A stretch of 64,000 nt of DNA from an uncultured virus (IMG/VR IMGVR_UViG_3300038428_000220) (lineage: Duplodnaviria > Heunggongvirae > Uroviricota > Caudoviricetes): the IMG/VR virus record IMGVR_UViG_3300038428_000220; one strand, given 5' to 3'. A program made the position numbers and the translations under genes. This document shows positions 9,339 through 18,349 of this stretch, piece by piece; the first letter of the stretch is position 1, and every line of letters starts with the position of its first letter. Under the pieces are notes generated by a model. That model saw nothing but the letters and a program-made list of their open reading frames with translations, was not told the DNA's origin and did not search any database.

Positions 9339-9647
9339 ATGGATATGTCCCCCGCCTGCACAGCGCCTCGGCAGCCGCCGATCAGCGAAAAGGACCGGGA
9401 ACACCCGCTTTTCGCGCTCTATTCGCAGCATCGTTCGGCTTGTAATCGTCTGCTGGTAGAGGCATCCGCCTTTCGGGATTGGTTGTTTCAATATGAACGC
9501 GACTTGGTTAACAGCAAAGCCGCCTCTGACCCGCGCTATCCCGCGTTTCTCGACTGGATGCAGGGAAGCCAAGCCGGTGCGCGCAAATGCCCGGCTGGCG
9601 TGTTTCCGCATAACTTTTACTTTTGGATCGAAGGGGGCCGCTGGTAA
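9339..9647 (+). CDS. IS passenger hypothetical protein
   Basis: AGGAG RBS; lies inside the TIRs. Confidence 0.7.
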   Translation: MDMSPACTAPRQPPISEKDREHPLFALYSQHRSACNRLLVEASAFRDWLFQYERDLVNSKAASDPRYPAFLDWMQGSQAGARKCPAGVFPHNFYFWIEGGRW

Positions 9648-9662
9648 CAGCGGGGTTGCACC

Positions 9663-9860
9663 ATGAAAACCTTCACTGTCCAATTCGATAACGAACCGTG
9701 GCGCAATCGTTCCTTCAAGGTGCGCGGCATCTGCAAATGCGATGTGCTTAATCCTTGTTGGGACGGCCGTAAGGACGACATACCGGGCCAGCATTGGGGT
9801 GGCGGCCCTGCTTGCGAACCCTGCACGAAAGCGGCGTTTGCCGCCAAGGCGGCTGCCTAA
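9663..9860 (+). CDS. IS passenger small Cys-rich protein
   Basis: CKC, C, CEPC; stop abuts the transposase ATG. Confidence 0.6.
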   Translation: MKTFTVQFDNEPWRNRSFKVRGICKCDVLNPCWDGRKDDIPGQHWGGGPACEPCTKAAFAAKAAA

Positions 9861-10898
9861 ATGAACGCAATCCATGACATACACGCGCGGAGCGATTTGG
9901 CTTTCCCCAAGTCGCTCCCGCAATTCCAAAAGCTCTTTCCTGATGACGCGGCTTGCGCGGCCTATCTGGAAAAGGCCCGCTGGCACGGCGGCTTTCAGTG
10001 CCCGCATTGCAAAGCCCGTGGCGAGCCGTTCCGCTTCGCCGCGCGGCCCGGCGTGCTGCGCTGTAAGGCTTGCCGCAAAGACGTAGCCCTTACGACCGGC
10101 ACGGTCATGGCGCGCACCCATACGCCGCTCACGACTTGGTTTTGGGGCGCTTATCTCGTTTCCAGCATGACGCCGGGAATGTCCGCCGTTCAATTCCAGC
10201 GCCAGCTTGGCCTTACCCGCTACGAGACGGCCTTTCAAATCCTGCATAAGCTCCGCGCTGGCATGGTGCGGCCCGACCGTGACGCCATCGGCGGCAATCT
10301 GGCACGCGGCGACCATGTTGAAGTTGATGAAACGTGGATCGGCGGGGCCACCCGTGGCGAAGGTAAAGGCGTTCACGATCAAACGCTGGTCATTGGCGCG
10401 GTAGAGGTTCGCCAGCGACCGCCCAAGAAGGGTGACAAGCCCGAACGGCGCGGGGGCCGCTATGCGGGCCGTCTGCGCTTGGACGTGATGCCCGACCGTA
10501 CCGCTAAGTCTCTGTGTGGCTTCGTTGAGCAAGCCGTGGCTCCGGGCGCGATTGTCATCACCGATGCCGCCCCGAGCTACGCTGGCCTCGAAAAACTCGG
10601 CTACGCCCATTTGCCGGTCGTTGAGGCCAACGACCCGAAGGTGGCCGAAGAATACCTGCCGATTATTCACTTGGCTTTCAGCAACCTGAAAAGCTGGCTT
10701 CGCGGCACGCACCACGGTGTCAGCCCGCAACACCTGCAAGCCTACCTCAACGAATTTGCCTTCCGCTTCAATCGCCGCTTCTACCCGTTCAACGCCTTCC
10801 GCTCGCTCTTGGGCATCGGCGCAAACGGCGAAAGCCCGACCTATGACAGCCTCTATAGCGGCAAGTGGAAACACCCTACGGTTAGCGATCATGGGTGA
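9861..10898 (+). CDS. IS1595-family DDE transposase
   Basis: Zn ribbon CPHC/CKAC, HTH, VEVDETWIGG, ITD, H..FSNLK, HLQAYLNEFAFRFNRR. Confidence 0.95.
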   Translation: MNAIHDIHARSDLAFPKSLPQFQKLFPDDAACAAYLEKARWHGGFQCPHCKARGEPFRFAARPGVLRCKACRKDVALTTGTVMARTHTPLTTWFWGAYLVSSMTPGMSAVQFQRQLGLTRYETAFQILHKLRAGMVRPDRDAIGGNLARGDHVEVDETWIGGATRGEGKGVHDQTLVIGAVEVRQRPPKKGDKPERRGGRYAGRLRLDVMPDRTAKSLCGFVEQAVAPGAIVITDAAPSYAGLEKLGYAHLPVVEANDPKVAEEYLPIIHLAFSNLKSWLRGTHHGVSPQHLQAYLNEFAFRFNRRFYPFNAFRSLLGIGANGESPTYDSLYSGKWKHPTVSDHG

Positions 10899-10916
10899 GA
10901 ACCGGATAGGCATGCT

Positions 10917-11093
10917 ATGATCGATCGCCAATATAACAAAATCGTTATCGAGTGCGATTCGTGCGGCGAAGTCTTTAATGGCGAGCCCGGCGAGGAATTC
11001 GCCGTGCTGTGGGCACGCGCCAAGACCGACGGCTGGCGCACGCGCAAGATCGGCGACGAATGGGTGCATGGCTGCCACGGATGCGGAGTCTGA
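10917..11093 (+). CDS. small zinc-ribbon protein (not in ORF track)
   Basis: MIDRQYNKIVIECDSCGE...GWRTRKIGDEWVHGCHGCGV; its ATG lies within the IS target duplication. Confidence 0.7.
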   Translation: MIDRQYNKIVIECDSCGEVFNGEPGEEFAVLWARAKTDGWRTRKIGDEWVHGCHGCGV

Positions 11094-11095
11094 CA

Positions 11096-11779
11096 ATGCA
11101 AAAGCTGCTTTTTACAGATGTCGAGACAAATGGCCTGACAGATTTCAGCAAGCCAGCTGACGCGCCTGGACAGCCACGCGTCGCGCACCTGTGCATGATC
11201 GCACTGCACGGTCGCGCGCAATGGTGCAAGGCCAACGTCTATATCCGGCCCGACGGCTGGACCATGACGCCTGAGACAACCGCAATCAACGGGCTGACCG
11301 ACGACAAGCTGGACGAGTATGGGGTCCCGGTGCGCGACGCGCTGGACTCATACGCGTACTTTGTCGACCGCGGTTATGTCGTTGTCGCCTTCAATGCGTC
11401 ATACGACCTCAAGGTGCTGCGCGGCGAACTGCGGCGCGCGAAAATGGACGACCGCTACGGCAAGACCAGCAGCGTATGCACCATGCGGGCGTCGACCGGC
11501 GTGTGCAAAATCCCCAAAGCCAACGGCCGCGGCTATAAGTTCCCCAAGTTGGCCGAGGCTATGCGGCATTTCGGGCTTGAGCATGTCGGCGCCCACACCG
11601 CGCTGGGCGACGCGCAGGCCTGCCTGGACCTGTTCCTTAAGCTGCGCAGCCTGGGCGTCGACCTGACGCCAACGCAGCCCAGCGACAAGCCCAACACGGA
11701 AGGGCGCCCTGCAGCGCCGGACGCACCGCGCGACCAGCTGCAGGCACTGCGTGAGGGCCGCCCAGCCGTTACCGATTAA
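11096..11779 (+). CDS. DEDDh 3'-5' exonuclease (DnaQ-like)
   Basis: DVETNG, AFNASYD, AHTALGDA. Confidence 0.9.
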   Translation: MQKLLFTDVETNGLTDFSKPADAPGQPRVAHLCMIALHGRAQWCKANVYIRPDGWTMTPETTAINGLTDDKLDEYGVPVRDALDSYAYFVDRGYVVVAFNASYDLKVLRGELRRAKMDDRYGKTSSVCTMRASTGVCKIPKANGRGYKFPKLAEAMRHFGLEHVGAHTALGDAQACLDLFLKLRSLGVDLTPTQPSDKPNTEGRPAAPDAPRDQLQALREGRPAVTD

Positions 11780-11800
11780 CCCCCAAGGAGTCATACCCCC

Positions 11801-13702
11801 ATGACTGACAAAACCCGACACGACGTGCTGCAGCTGACGCCCGTCAGCCAGTTGCGATTTGGGCACGACCCCAAAGCCGGCCCGGCTATCAATGCGCGCG
11901 TAACCGGCCGGCTGGACGGTATCGAGGCCATAGCTGGCACGATTGCGCATTACATCGCGCGCCTGCCAGGGCACGCAGGCCTGGTGCTGCCACTAGCCTG
12001 CGTGGCGTCGCCTGACAGCGATTTGCTCTACGTGGTCGACGGCAATCGCCGCCTGGCCGCGCTGCAGCTTATGGTCAAGCAGCAGACGATACCCGACACG
12101 CACCTGGTGCCCTGCATGGTGCACGGCGTCATTGGCGACACCGCGCTGGAAATGTCGCTGGTCGCCAACAGCGCCAGCCCGCTGCACCCGGTCGACCGGT
12201 TTGAGGCCTTGTCGCGGCATATCAACCAGCTGGTCGCCGCCGGCGCGACCGTCGAGGACGCCTATGCGGACGTCGGCGCGCTGTTCACCATGACGCCGCG
12301 CCAGGTCAAGCAGGCCATGGCGCTGGGCAACAGCCTGTCGCCGATAATCCGCGACGCCTGGCGGGCTGGCGATATCAATGCCGGCACCGCCGAGTCGTTC
12401 ACGCTGATACCCAAGCCGGCCGAGCAGGAGCGGGTGTTTAAGAAGCTGAAAAAGTCCCACAGCCTGCATGCGCATTATGTGCAGGACGAGGCCGGCAGCG
12501 CCGACGACAAGATTGCCGCGCTGGTGACGTTTGTCGGCGCCGACGCGTACCGCGCCGCCGGCGGCCAGATTACCGAGGATCTGTTCCACGAGGCCCATGT
12601 GGTCAGCGACGCCGACCTGGCCAAGCGGCTGGCGGACGAAAAGCTGGACGCGCGCTGCAAGTGGCTGGTCGAGCAAGACGGCTGGGCCTGGGCGCGCGTG
12701 CCGGTCAATCCCAGCGAGCGGTACCACCTGACGCAGCAGGAGGCCAAATCGAAGCCGACGCCGGACGAGCGCAAGCAGCTGGACGACATGGCGCGGCAAA
12801 TCGACGCCATGGAGGAAGCCGACGACGACAACCAGGATAAGTATGACGCACTGCGCCGTGACCACGACGCGCTGCAGCAGACCGTCGACCTGCGCGCCTA
12901 CACGCCCGACCTGCGCGCCAAGCTGGGCTGTCTGGTGTGGATTGAGGACGGGCGCTTGGAAATGGCGTTCGGGTTCCGCGCGCCCAAGGCCCAGCCCGCC
13001 GGCACACAGACGCCGGCCGGCCCGACCGCGGCGCCCAAGGCCAAAAAGACCAAGGCGGCCAAGTTTGACCCCAGTGGTGGCGTCAGCAACGCGCTGGCCG
13101 AGCGCATGGCCAAGCAGTTGACCAAAGCCGCCGACGAGGCACTCGCCGGCAATGGCACGCTGGGCCTGCAGGTGCTGGTTGCGCAGCTGGCCTATGGCAG
13201 CGACGAAAGCCCGGTCAAGATCACGCACCGCGGCCTGCGCAGCATGGACGTGCTGGACCGCAACGAGGTCGGGTTTGACGACGCGCTGCGCAGCATGCGC
13301 CGGCTGTCGACGGCCGACCTGCTGACGCGGGTGGCCGGCTGGGTCGGCATTGCGCTGCGCTTCGACGCCCGCCAGGCCGACGACCTGCCGTACTGTGGCG
13401 ACAATGACGGTTACGACGCCGCGCTGCTGGACGCGATACCGCCCAAGGCGCTCAACATGCAGCTGCGCAAGGCCTGGGACGCCAAGGATTATTTCGACAG
13501 CGTCAGCAAGCAGCTGTGCCTGCAGGCGGTCAGCGAGGCGGTCAGCCCCGAGGCCGCGCGGTCGGTGCAGGGCCAGCCCAAGGGCGACGTCGCCAAGTTC
13601 GCGCTGGCCAACGTGGTCAAGACCAAGTGGCTGCCGCCGCAAATGCGCGCGGCCGGCTATGACGGGCCCAAGGCGAAGCAGGTAGCCAAGCGCAAAAAAT
13701 AA
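11801..13702 (+). CDS. ParB/Spo0J-like N-domain protein
   Basis: YVVDGNRRLAAL, SLVAN...LHPVDRFEA, HTH, Y.AAGG...DLF. Confidence 0.85.
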   Translation: MTDKTRHDVLQLTPVSQLRFGHDPKAGPAINARVTGRLDGIEAIAGTIAHYIARLPGHAGLVLPLACVASPDSDLLYVVDGNRRLAALQLMVKQQTIPDTHLVPCMVHGVIGDTALEMSLVANSASPLHPVDRFEALSRHINQLVAAGATVEDAYADVGALFTMTPRQVKQAMALGNSLSPIIRDAWRAGDINAGTAESFTLIPKPAEQERVFKKLKKSHSLHAHYVQDEAGSADDKIAALVTFVGADAYRAAGGQITEDLFHEAHVVSDADLAKRLADEKLDARCKWLVEQDGWAWARVPVNPSERYHLTQQEAKSKPTPDERKQLDDMARQIDAMEEADDDNQDKYDALRRDHDALQQTVDLRAYTPDLRAKLGCLVWIEDGRLEMAFGFRAPKAQPAGTQTPAGPTAAPKAKKTKAAKFDPSGGVSNALAERMAKQLTKAADEALAGNGTLGLQVLVAQLAYGSDESPVKITHRGLRSMDVLDRNEVGFDDALRSMRRLSTADLLTRVAGWVGIALRFDARQADDLPYCGDNDGYDAALLDAIPPKALNMQLRKAWDAKDYFDSVSKQLCLQAVSEAVSPEAARSVQGQPKGDVAKFALANVVKTKWLPPQMRAAGYDGPKAKQVAKRKK

Positions 13703-13811
13703 TGGCCAAGCGCTTACCAAAACCGCCGACCGCGCGCGCTATGCTGCCGACCGCCGCTATCGCGACAGTCGTAAGAACCGTGCTTATCCGGTTTAGACAC
13801 ACGGACACAAA

Positions 13812-13907
13812 ATGCAGACCGTGACCTATAAATACCGAGTGAAAGACCGCAGCGCACGGAAGGCGCTGGCGCGGCACGCTATGGCCTGCAATCAAGGGGA
13901 TGTTTGA
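13812..13907 (+). pseudogene. 5' fragment of a tnpB-like gene
   Basis: MQTVTYKYRVKDRSARKALARHAMACNQ aligns by eye with MILTFKYRIKDATVGKYLDRHSRSVNF of the TnpB at 54111. Confidence 0.7.
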
Positions 13908-14446
13908 TGAGACGAAGGGCATCGACTTTCATAGGCCATTTATGCCGTCACGGTCACTTTGGCGAGCGTTATAGCAGCAGTGGTGAATGTGTCGAATGCG
14001 TTCGCCTGCGCTCGTTAGCGCCCTCAGCCATAGAGAGGCGAAAGCGGCATGATCACGACCACCCGGATAGATGTGTTGCACGAGTCAGGCGCTATCAAGC
14101 AACCACAAAAGGGCGTGCGAGTAGTCTATGGCATAGCGCGCACAGCCGGAGTGAAACAGTCACCATTACGGTTGAATGGATTGAGAAACGATTAGCGCGT
14201 GGGGTCTGCGAAGTAAGTGGCTTGCCTTTTAACTTTTCAAGATCAGTCAAAATGGGTCCTTATTCACCCAGCCTTGATCGGATTGATACAACGGCGGGGT
14301 ATACACCTCAAAACTGCCGTATCATCCTGTGGGCATTAAACGCTGCCTTTAGTCACTGGGGCGCGGATACCTTTGAGCCCATTGCCACGGCATGGCTCGC
14401 CCGCAGTGCTGCGGGTCCAGCTGTGGAAAGCCGGGTAGCCGCATGA
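13904..14446 (+). CDS. HNH-like (His-Me finger) endonuclease
   Basis: CRHGH...CVEC, CEVSG, PSLDRIDTTAGYTPQNCRII...N; more AT-rich than flanks. Confidence 0.72.
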   Translation: MMRRRASTFIGHLCRHGHFGERYSSSGECVECVRLRSLAPSAIERRKRHDHDHPDRCVARVRRYQATTKGRASSLWHSAHSRSETVTITVEWIEKRLARGVCEVSGLPFNFSRSVKMGPYSPSLDRIDTTAGYTPQNCRIILWALNAAFSHWGADTFEPIATAWLARSAAGPAVESRVAA

Positions 14447-14540
14447 CACAAGATTTTGCCTGTGTGTGCTAACCGGATAAGCACGCTACAGTACAACGGC
14501 GTAAACGACTCCACCCCACGACCCCCAACGAGGTGACACC

Positions 14541-14951
14541 ATGCGACGATTGCTCCTGACGACTGCTGCGCTGATTTTTGCCACCGCGGCCGCGGCCACC
14601 GCGGCCGAGGTCGATATGTCGACCGTGCTGCTCGACGGCAGCGGCAAGCCCATGCAGGAGTGCGCACAGTGGGTGACAAAAAACAACCAGCCGGATTGCG
14701 ACCAGCTTGTCGACCTGACGCTGGGCCTGCTGGCCTACGGCTCGCTCAATAAGGCCGTGCCGAACGAGGGCGCGGCCGACCAGACCAAGCGCGGCAACCT
14801 GGCGCTCAAGGTCTACCACGCCGGCAAGGTCACACTAGACCACGACGAGTCCGAACTGATACGCGCCGCGATTGCCAAGCAGGGATACCCGCCCGTCACC
14901 GTCGCGCGGGCGCTGGCTGTGCTTGACGGCACGCCGCCGCCAAAAAAGTAG
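14541..14951 (+). CDS. exported hypothetical protein
   Basis: Signal peptide, GAGG RBS. Confidence 0.7.
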   Translation: MRRLLLTTAALIFATAAAATAAEVDMSTVLLDGSGKPMQECAQWVTKNNQPDCDQLVDLTLGLLAYGSLNKAVPNEGAADQTKRGNLALKVYHAGKVTLDHDESELIRAAIAKQGYPPVTVARALAVLDGTPPPKK

Positions 14952-14962
14952 ACCGCAGGCCC

Positions 14963-15172
14963 ATGGTCCGATTCGCCCGCCCGGTACTGCTGCCAGACCC
15001 GCGAGTCGGACCTGCCCGCGCGGCATACGACGACGACCTGATTACACGCGTCATGGCGCGATGGGACGCCGGCCTGGACACGCAGACGATTGCGCTTGAG
15101 ATTTTTGAGAGCGAGGCTGCGGTGTGCGTGGCGCTGCGAGTCGGCCGCGAGCGTCGACGTCAGGGACAATAA
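14963..15172 (+). CDS. small HTH-like protein
   Basis: WDAGLDTQTIA...SEAAVC. Confidence 0.5.
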   Translation: MVRFARPVLLPDPRVGPARAAYDDDLITRVMARWDAGLDTQTIALEIFESEAAVCVALRVGRERRRQGQ

Positions 15173-15199
15173 AAAGCCGCGCCGACATGGGCGCGGCGT
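15171..15199 (-). terminator. intrinsic terminator at the convergence of the two arms
   Basis: GCCGCGCC/GGCGCGGC stem followed by T5 on the minus strand. Confidence 0.7.
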
Positions 15200-15235
15200 T
15201 GTCGCTCCTTGAAAGGGCCGCCAGCCAGCGCGCGC

Positions 15236-16021
15236 TTACTTGCTGACCGCCAGGTCCTGCCACTGACCGTCACGGCCGGATAAATACTCAATCGCCTCGT
15301 CGACGGTCACGCTGCGGTTTGTCTGCAGCAGCTTGCGGTGCGGAAATCTTGCCAAAACGTCGCGGAACGCCCCGACGTCGAAGTCAGGTTTTTGGATTCG
15401 CCAAATCTCGAACACGGCCGCAAACACAGCGTCCCAGGTCGCCGGCTCGATCAGCGTGGCAATCAGCTCGTCGTACCCCTGCGCGTCCGACTTATAGAGG
15501 ATCGGCCAGCCTGGTCGCGCCCACCGGCGGCTTTCGACGTCGGCGCGCAAGGTAACGACAGGTTCGGTACTAAATGGGTCGCCAGCCATGGCCGAGCGCA
15601 GCAACGAGTAATTGCCGCAGTTCTCGTGGTCAAGGTACAGTTTGAAAACTCCGCTATCGCGGGCCAGCGCAAAACCAAATTGCGACACCCGGCCGGCCCA
15701 GGGCGCAAGGTTGTGGGCCATGTTCTCATAATTCGTCGCGTCCGGCTCGTACGCATACACGCGCGCGATATTCGACAAGGCAATCAGCGCCTGCCTGGAA
15801 AACAGCCCGACATTGGCGCCCACGTCGACCAGGACGAAAGGCGGCCGGCCGCCCGCGACGTCGCGCAGCCACCGCAGCTGCGCGCTGTCGGGCCGGTGCG
15901 CGTTAAGCCTGGCGGCGCCGCCAAAGCGGTCGTTGCTGATCTTGATCGGGTGGTCGGCCCAATAGACGGTCGTGCCCGGCGGGGGATAGACCGTTACGGT
16001 ATCGCCTCGAATGCCAGCCAT
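15236..16021 (-). CDS. FkbM-family methyltransferase (start uncertain)
   Basis: VDVGANVGLFS, AYEPD, KSDAQGYD. Confidence 0.85.
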   Translation of the reverse strand: MAGIRGDTVTVYPPPGTTVYWADHPIKISNDRFGGAARLNAHRPDSAQLRWLRDVAGGRPPFVLVDVGANVGLFSRQALIALSNIARVYAYEPDATNYENMAHNLAPWAGRVSQFGFALARDSGVFKLYLDHENCGNYSLLRSAMAGDPFSTEPVVTLRADVESRRWARPGWPILYKSDAQGYDELIATLIEPATWDAVFAAVFEIWRIQKPDFDVGAFRDVLARFPHRKLLQTNRSVTVDEAIEYLSGRDGQWQDLAVSK

Positions 16022-16602
16022 GTGCCCTCGACGTGCTTAATGTCGTGACCCGCTGCGGCAAAGTCGTGCAGCACCGCGCGGACGTCAACCAGCGGGACGC
16101 CAGCTGCATCGCGCAAATCGTGGTAATCATGAAATATAATTATGCCGCCCGGGCGCACCCAGTATCTGGCCAGCTCGGTATCGTTCAACACGCCCGCGCG
16201 GCTGTGATCGCCGTCGATAAAGACCGCGTCGCACGGCCGCAGGTCGGACACCCGCAGGTCATGCGACCCGCGCGGCCGCACCAATAGCTCAAATCGCGAG
16301 TCGCCCTTGACCAGCATGCCAGGCTCGGCGGGCACCTCGTCGCGCTGCGCCGCCATGGCCGGCACGTAGCCCACCGGCACGTCGACGCCCTGGTACCGCT
16401 CTATGCCCGGCACGTTGGCCAGTATCGCCTTGGCGGTGCGCCCGACGTTGACGCCAAACTCGAGAACGCCGCGCGGCTGCACGCTGCGCACCAGCGCCAC
16501 CAGCACCTCGAGCTCGCCTGGGTTTAAGAATCGACGCGGCATGTCGCCCCAGTCAATAGGGCGCACGTCAATTTGCGACTGCTTAACCTTTGGCAACGTC
16601 AT
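15994..16602 (-). CDS. class I SAM methyltransferase (Methyltransf_24-like)
   Basis: VLEFGVNVGRT, FIDGDHS, PGGIIIFHDY. Confidence 0.88.
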   Translation of the reverse strand: MTLPKVKQSQIDVRPIDWGDMPRRFLNPGELEVLVALVRSVQPRGVLEFGVNVGRTAKAILANVPGIERYQGVDVPVGYVPAMAAQRDEVPAEPGMLVKGDSRFELLVRPRGSHDLRVSDLRPCDAVFIDGDHSRAGVLNDTELARYWVRPGGIIIFHDYHDLRDAAGVPLVDVRAVLHDFAAAGHDIKHVEGTWLAFEAIP

Positions 16603-17429
16603 GGCGATTCCTCGAACAGACCTGGCTGCAGACGGTGACCGGCCGGCAACAGGTGCAGATAGTGCAGCGGGGGCTCGTAGTGCGCTTGCGCGGTGGCCGG
16701 CTCGTAAAACTTATCATCGCACAAGTCGTCGCGCACAAAGAACGCGTTGCCGCCGGCGAGCGAACAGCCGACGACACGATAACCCTTTTGCGTGCCGAGT
16801 CGCACCATGGCCTCTAGACTGGCACCAAAATAGTTTGATCCGTCCCACTTGGCGTCGGGCTGGTACGGCACGACCAGCGACAACGGCGGCCGCAGGGTCG
16901 CATTGTATTCAATCACCACGACGCGCGGGCTGATCGTCTCGATGGCACGCCATACCCAGTAATCGTTGAAATCAATATCAATGCTCAAAAGGTCGACCAC
17001 GCCGCGCAGGCCGTTGCTATCGAGCAGCGCATTGATATTTTCGGCTGTGACTGTGCCCTCCTGCAGCACCAGCTTGTGCGCGTCGATAAACGGCGCAAAG
17101 TTTTGCCTGATCGCCGCGACGTCGTCTGGATTCGATTCGATCCACAAGCCCGACCAGCCCTCGACCAGCAGTTTGACTGTGTTGCATTCGGTGCCGGGCC
17201 CGACACCAAATTCGACAAAGGTGCGCGCTGTTGGCTCAATGCGCCGGAATATCTCGTCAATGATTCCGTCCTCGTCGTTTTGCGAATAGACCTTATAGCC
17301 GTAACGGGCCAACCGCTTGGGGTCAGCATTGCGCGGGCTGTCGACCTTGGCCTGCCAAGCCGCCATGACGGCCATTTGAGTCAACCGCACAGCCGCGGCG
17401 GCAAGCTCATGCAAATCTTGCTCGATCAT
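16599..17429 (-). CDS. FkbM-like methyltransferase
   Basis: YSQNDEDGII, FVEFGVG, DLLSIDIDFNDYW, IEYN, NAFFVR. Confidence 0.75.
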   Translation of the reverse strand: MIEQDLHELAAAAVRLTQMAVMAAWQAKVDSPRNADPKRLARYGYKVYSQNDEDGIIDEIFRRIEPTARTFVEFGVGPGTECNTVKLLVEGWSGLWIESNPDDVAAIRQNFAPFIDAHKLVLQEGTVTAENINALLDSNGLRGVVDLLSIDIDFNDYWVWRAIETISPRVVVIEYNATLRPPLSLVVPYQPDAKWDGSNYFGASLEAMVRLGTQKGYRVVGCSLAGGNAFFVRDDLCDDKFYEPATAQAHYEPPLHYLHLLPAGHRLQPGLFEESP

Positions 17430-18349
17430 CGTGGCGCTATCCTGTCGACGAATTCAATTAGTCGCTGCCGTGCCACCGGCACGTCAATGCGCTTGTCGCA
17501 CGCGTGACCGGCATGGAAACAATCGCACGGCCGTATCGGGTCGATCAGCAGGGCCGGCGCCAAGGTCGTGGCGCGGCAGTACGACGCCGAACTTTCATGG
17601 CCGCCGAATACGATCACGCTGGGCACCCCGACGGCCTGCGCCATAGCAATCGCGAAGCCCGGCGCCGCAAATACCAGGCCAGCAATCGAAAACAACCCGA
17701 CCAGCGCCTCGACGTCCAGCTGCCCGCCGTGTAATTCCAGGTCGGCCTGCACGCTCGGCCCGACCAGCCACTCCTTGCCGTCCTCAAGGTCCGCGACGCT
17801 GACGACAAAATAGCGGTCGCGGATTGCGGCCAGCAGTTGCGCGTACGCGTCGGCGTCCGGGTTGCGCTGGCCGGCCGACCCCCATTCGGTGCGCACGGTC
17901 AGCGGCCGATAAACCAGCAGCGGCTTGGTCGTCTGGCCGACAATCGCCCGGGCGCGCTCCTGCCATTGCGCCGGTACCGGCAGCCGGAAATCGGCGCCGC
18001 CGACGCGGCATATCGGGAACGTCTCCGACGCGTGACCGACCTGGGCGGCCGGCAGCGAGCCGTATTTTTGTATGCCGGCACGCGTGTACCAGATCCGCAT
18101 GCTTTGCGTGACGCCAGGCGGCAGCGGTCGGTACTTAGCCTGCTCGCGCTGTGCATTTTTTAATTGCGTGCGCAGGCCGGTCTGCTGCGGGTCAACCAGC
18201 GTGACCGCCGGCATGTCGTGATAAATCGCCGGCCAGGGTGTCTTGAGGAACACCGTATAATGCGGCAGCAGCTGGCGGATAATCGCCCGCTGATAGACGC
18301 CATCGCCAAGGCCCATCATCCCATTGACCAGCAGCTGCGGGCCTACCAT
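17426..18349 (-). CDS. GT-B glycosyltransferase (GT9/heptosyltransferase-like)
   Basis: GLGDGVY, AQAVGVPSVIVFGG, C-terminal PCDC...C...I. Confidence 0.75.
   Translation of the reverse strand: MVGPQLLVNGMMGLGDGVYQRAIIRQLLPHYTVFLKTPWPAIYHDMPAVTLVDPQQTGLRTQLKNAQREQAKYRPLPPGVTQSMRIWYTRAGIQKYGSLPAAQVGHASETFPICRVGGADFRLPVPAQWQERARAIVGQTTKPLLVYRPLTVRTEWGSAGQRNPDADAYAQLLAAIRDRYFVVSVADLEDGKEWLVGPSVQADLELHGGQLDVEALVGLFSIAGLVFAAPGFAIAMAQAVGVPSVIVFGGHESSASYCRATTLAPALLIDPIRPCDCFHAGHACDKRIDVPVARQRLIEFVDRIAPR

Larger units (their letters stand above)
9257..10914 (+). mobile_element. IS1595-family element (ISSod11-like ends) with two passenger genes
   Basis: TIRs CATGCTTATCCGGTTGACACCCA / TGGGTGAGAACCGGATAGGCATG; 8-bp duplication CTATGATC at 9249-9256 and 10915-10922. 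Confidence 0.93.
13779..14485. mobile_element. non-autonomous cassette bounded by IS1595-type TIRs
   Basis: CGTGCTTATCCGGTTTAGACACAC ... GTGTGTGCTAACCGGATAAGCACG; no transposase; no target duplication seen. Confidence 0.78.

Noticed and set aside
9333..11096. 587-aa minus-strand ORF
   Set aside because: Antisense shadow of the IS1595 transposase and passengers
11993..13720. 575-aa minus-strand ORF (likewise 4008-5336, 39377-40900, 53628-55073)
   Set aside because: High-GC antisense shadows of well-supported genes; no motifs
13771..14493. Target-site duplication around the second cassette
   Set aside because: Flanks GTAAGAAC and CTACAGTA do not match each other or the flanks of the other elements
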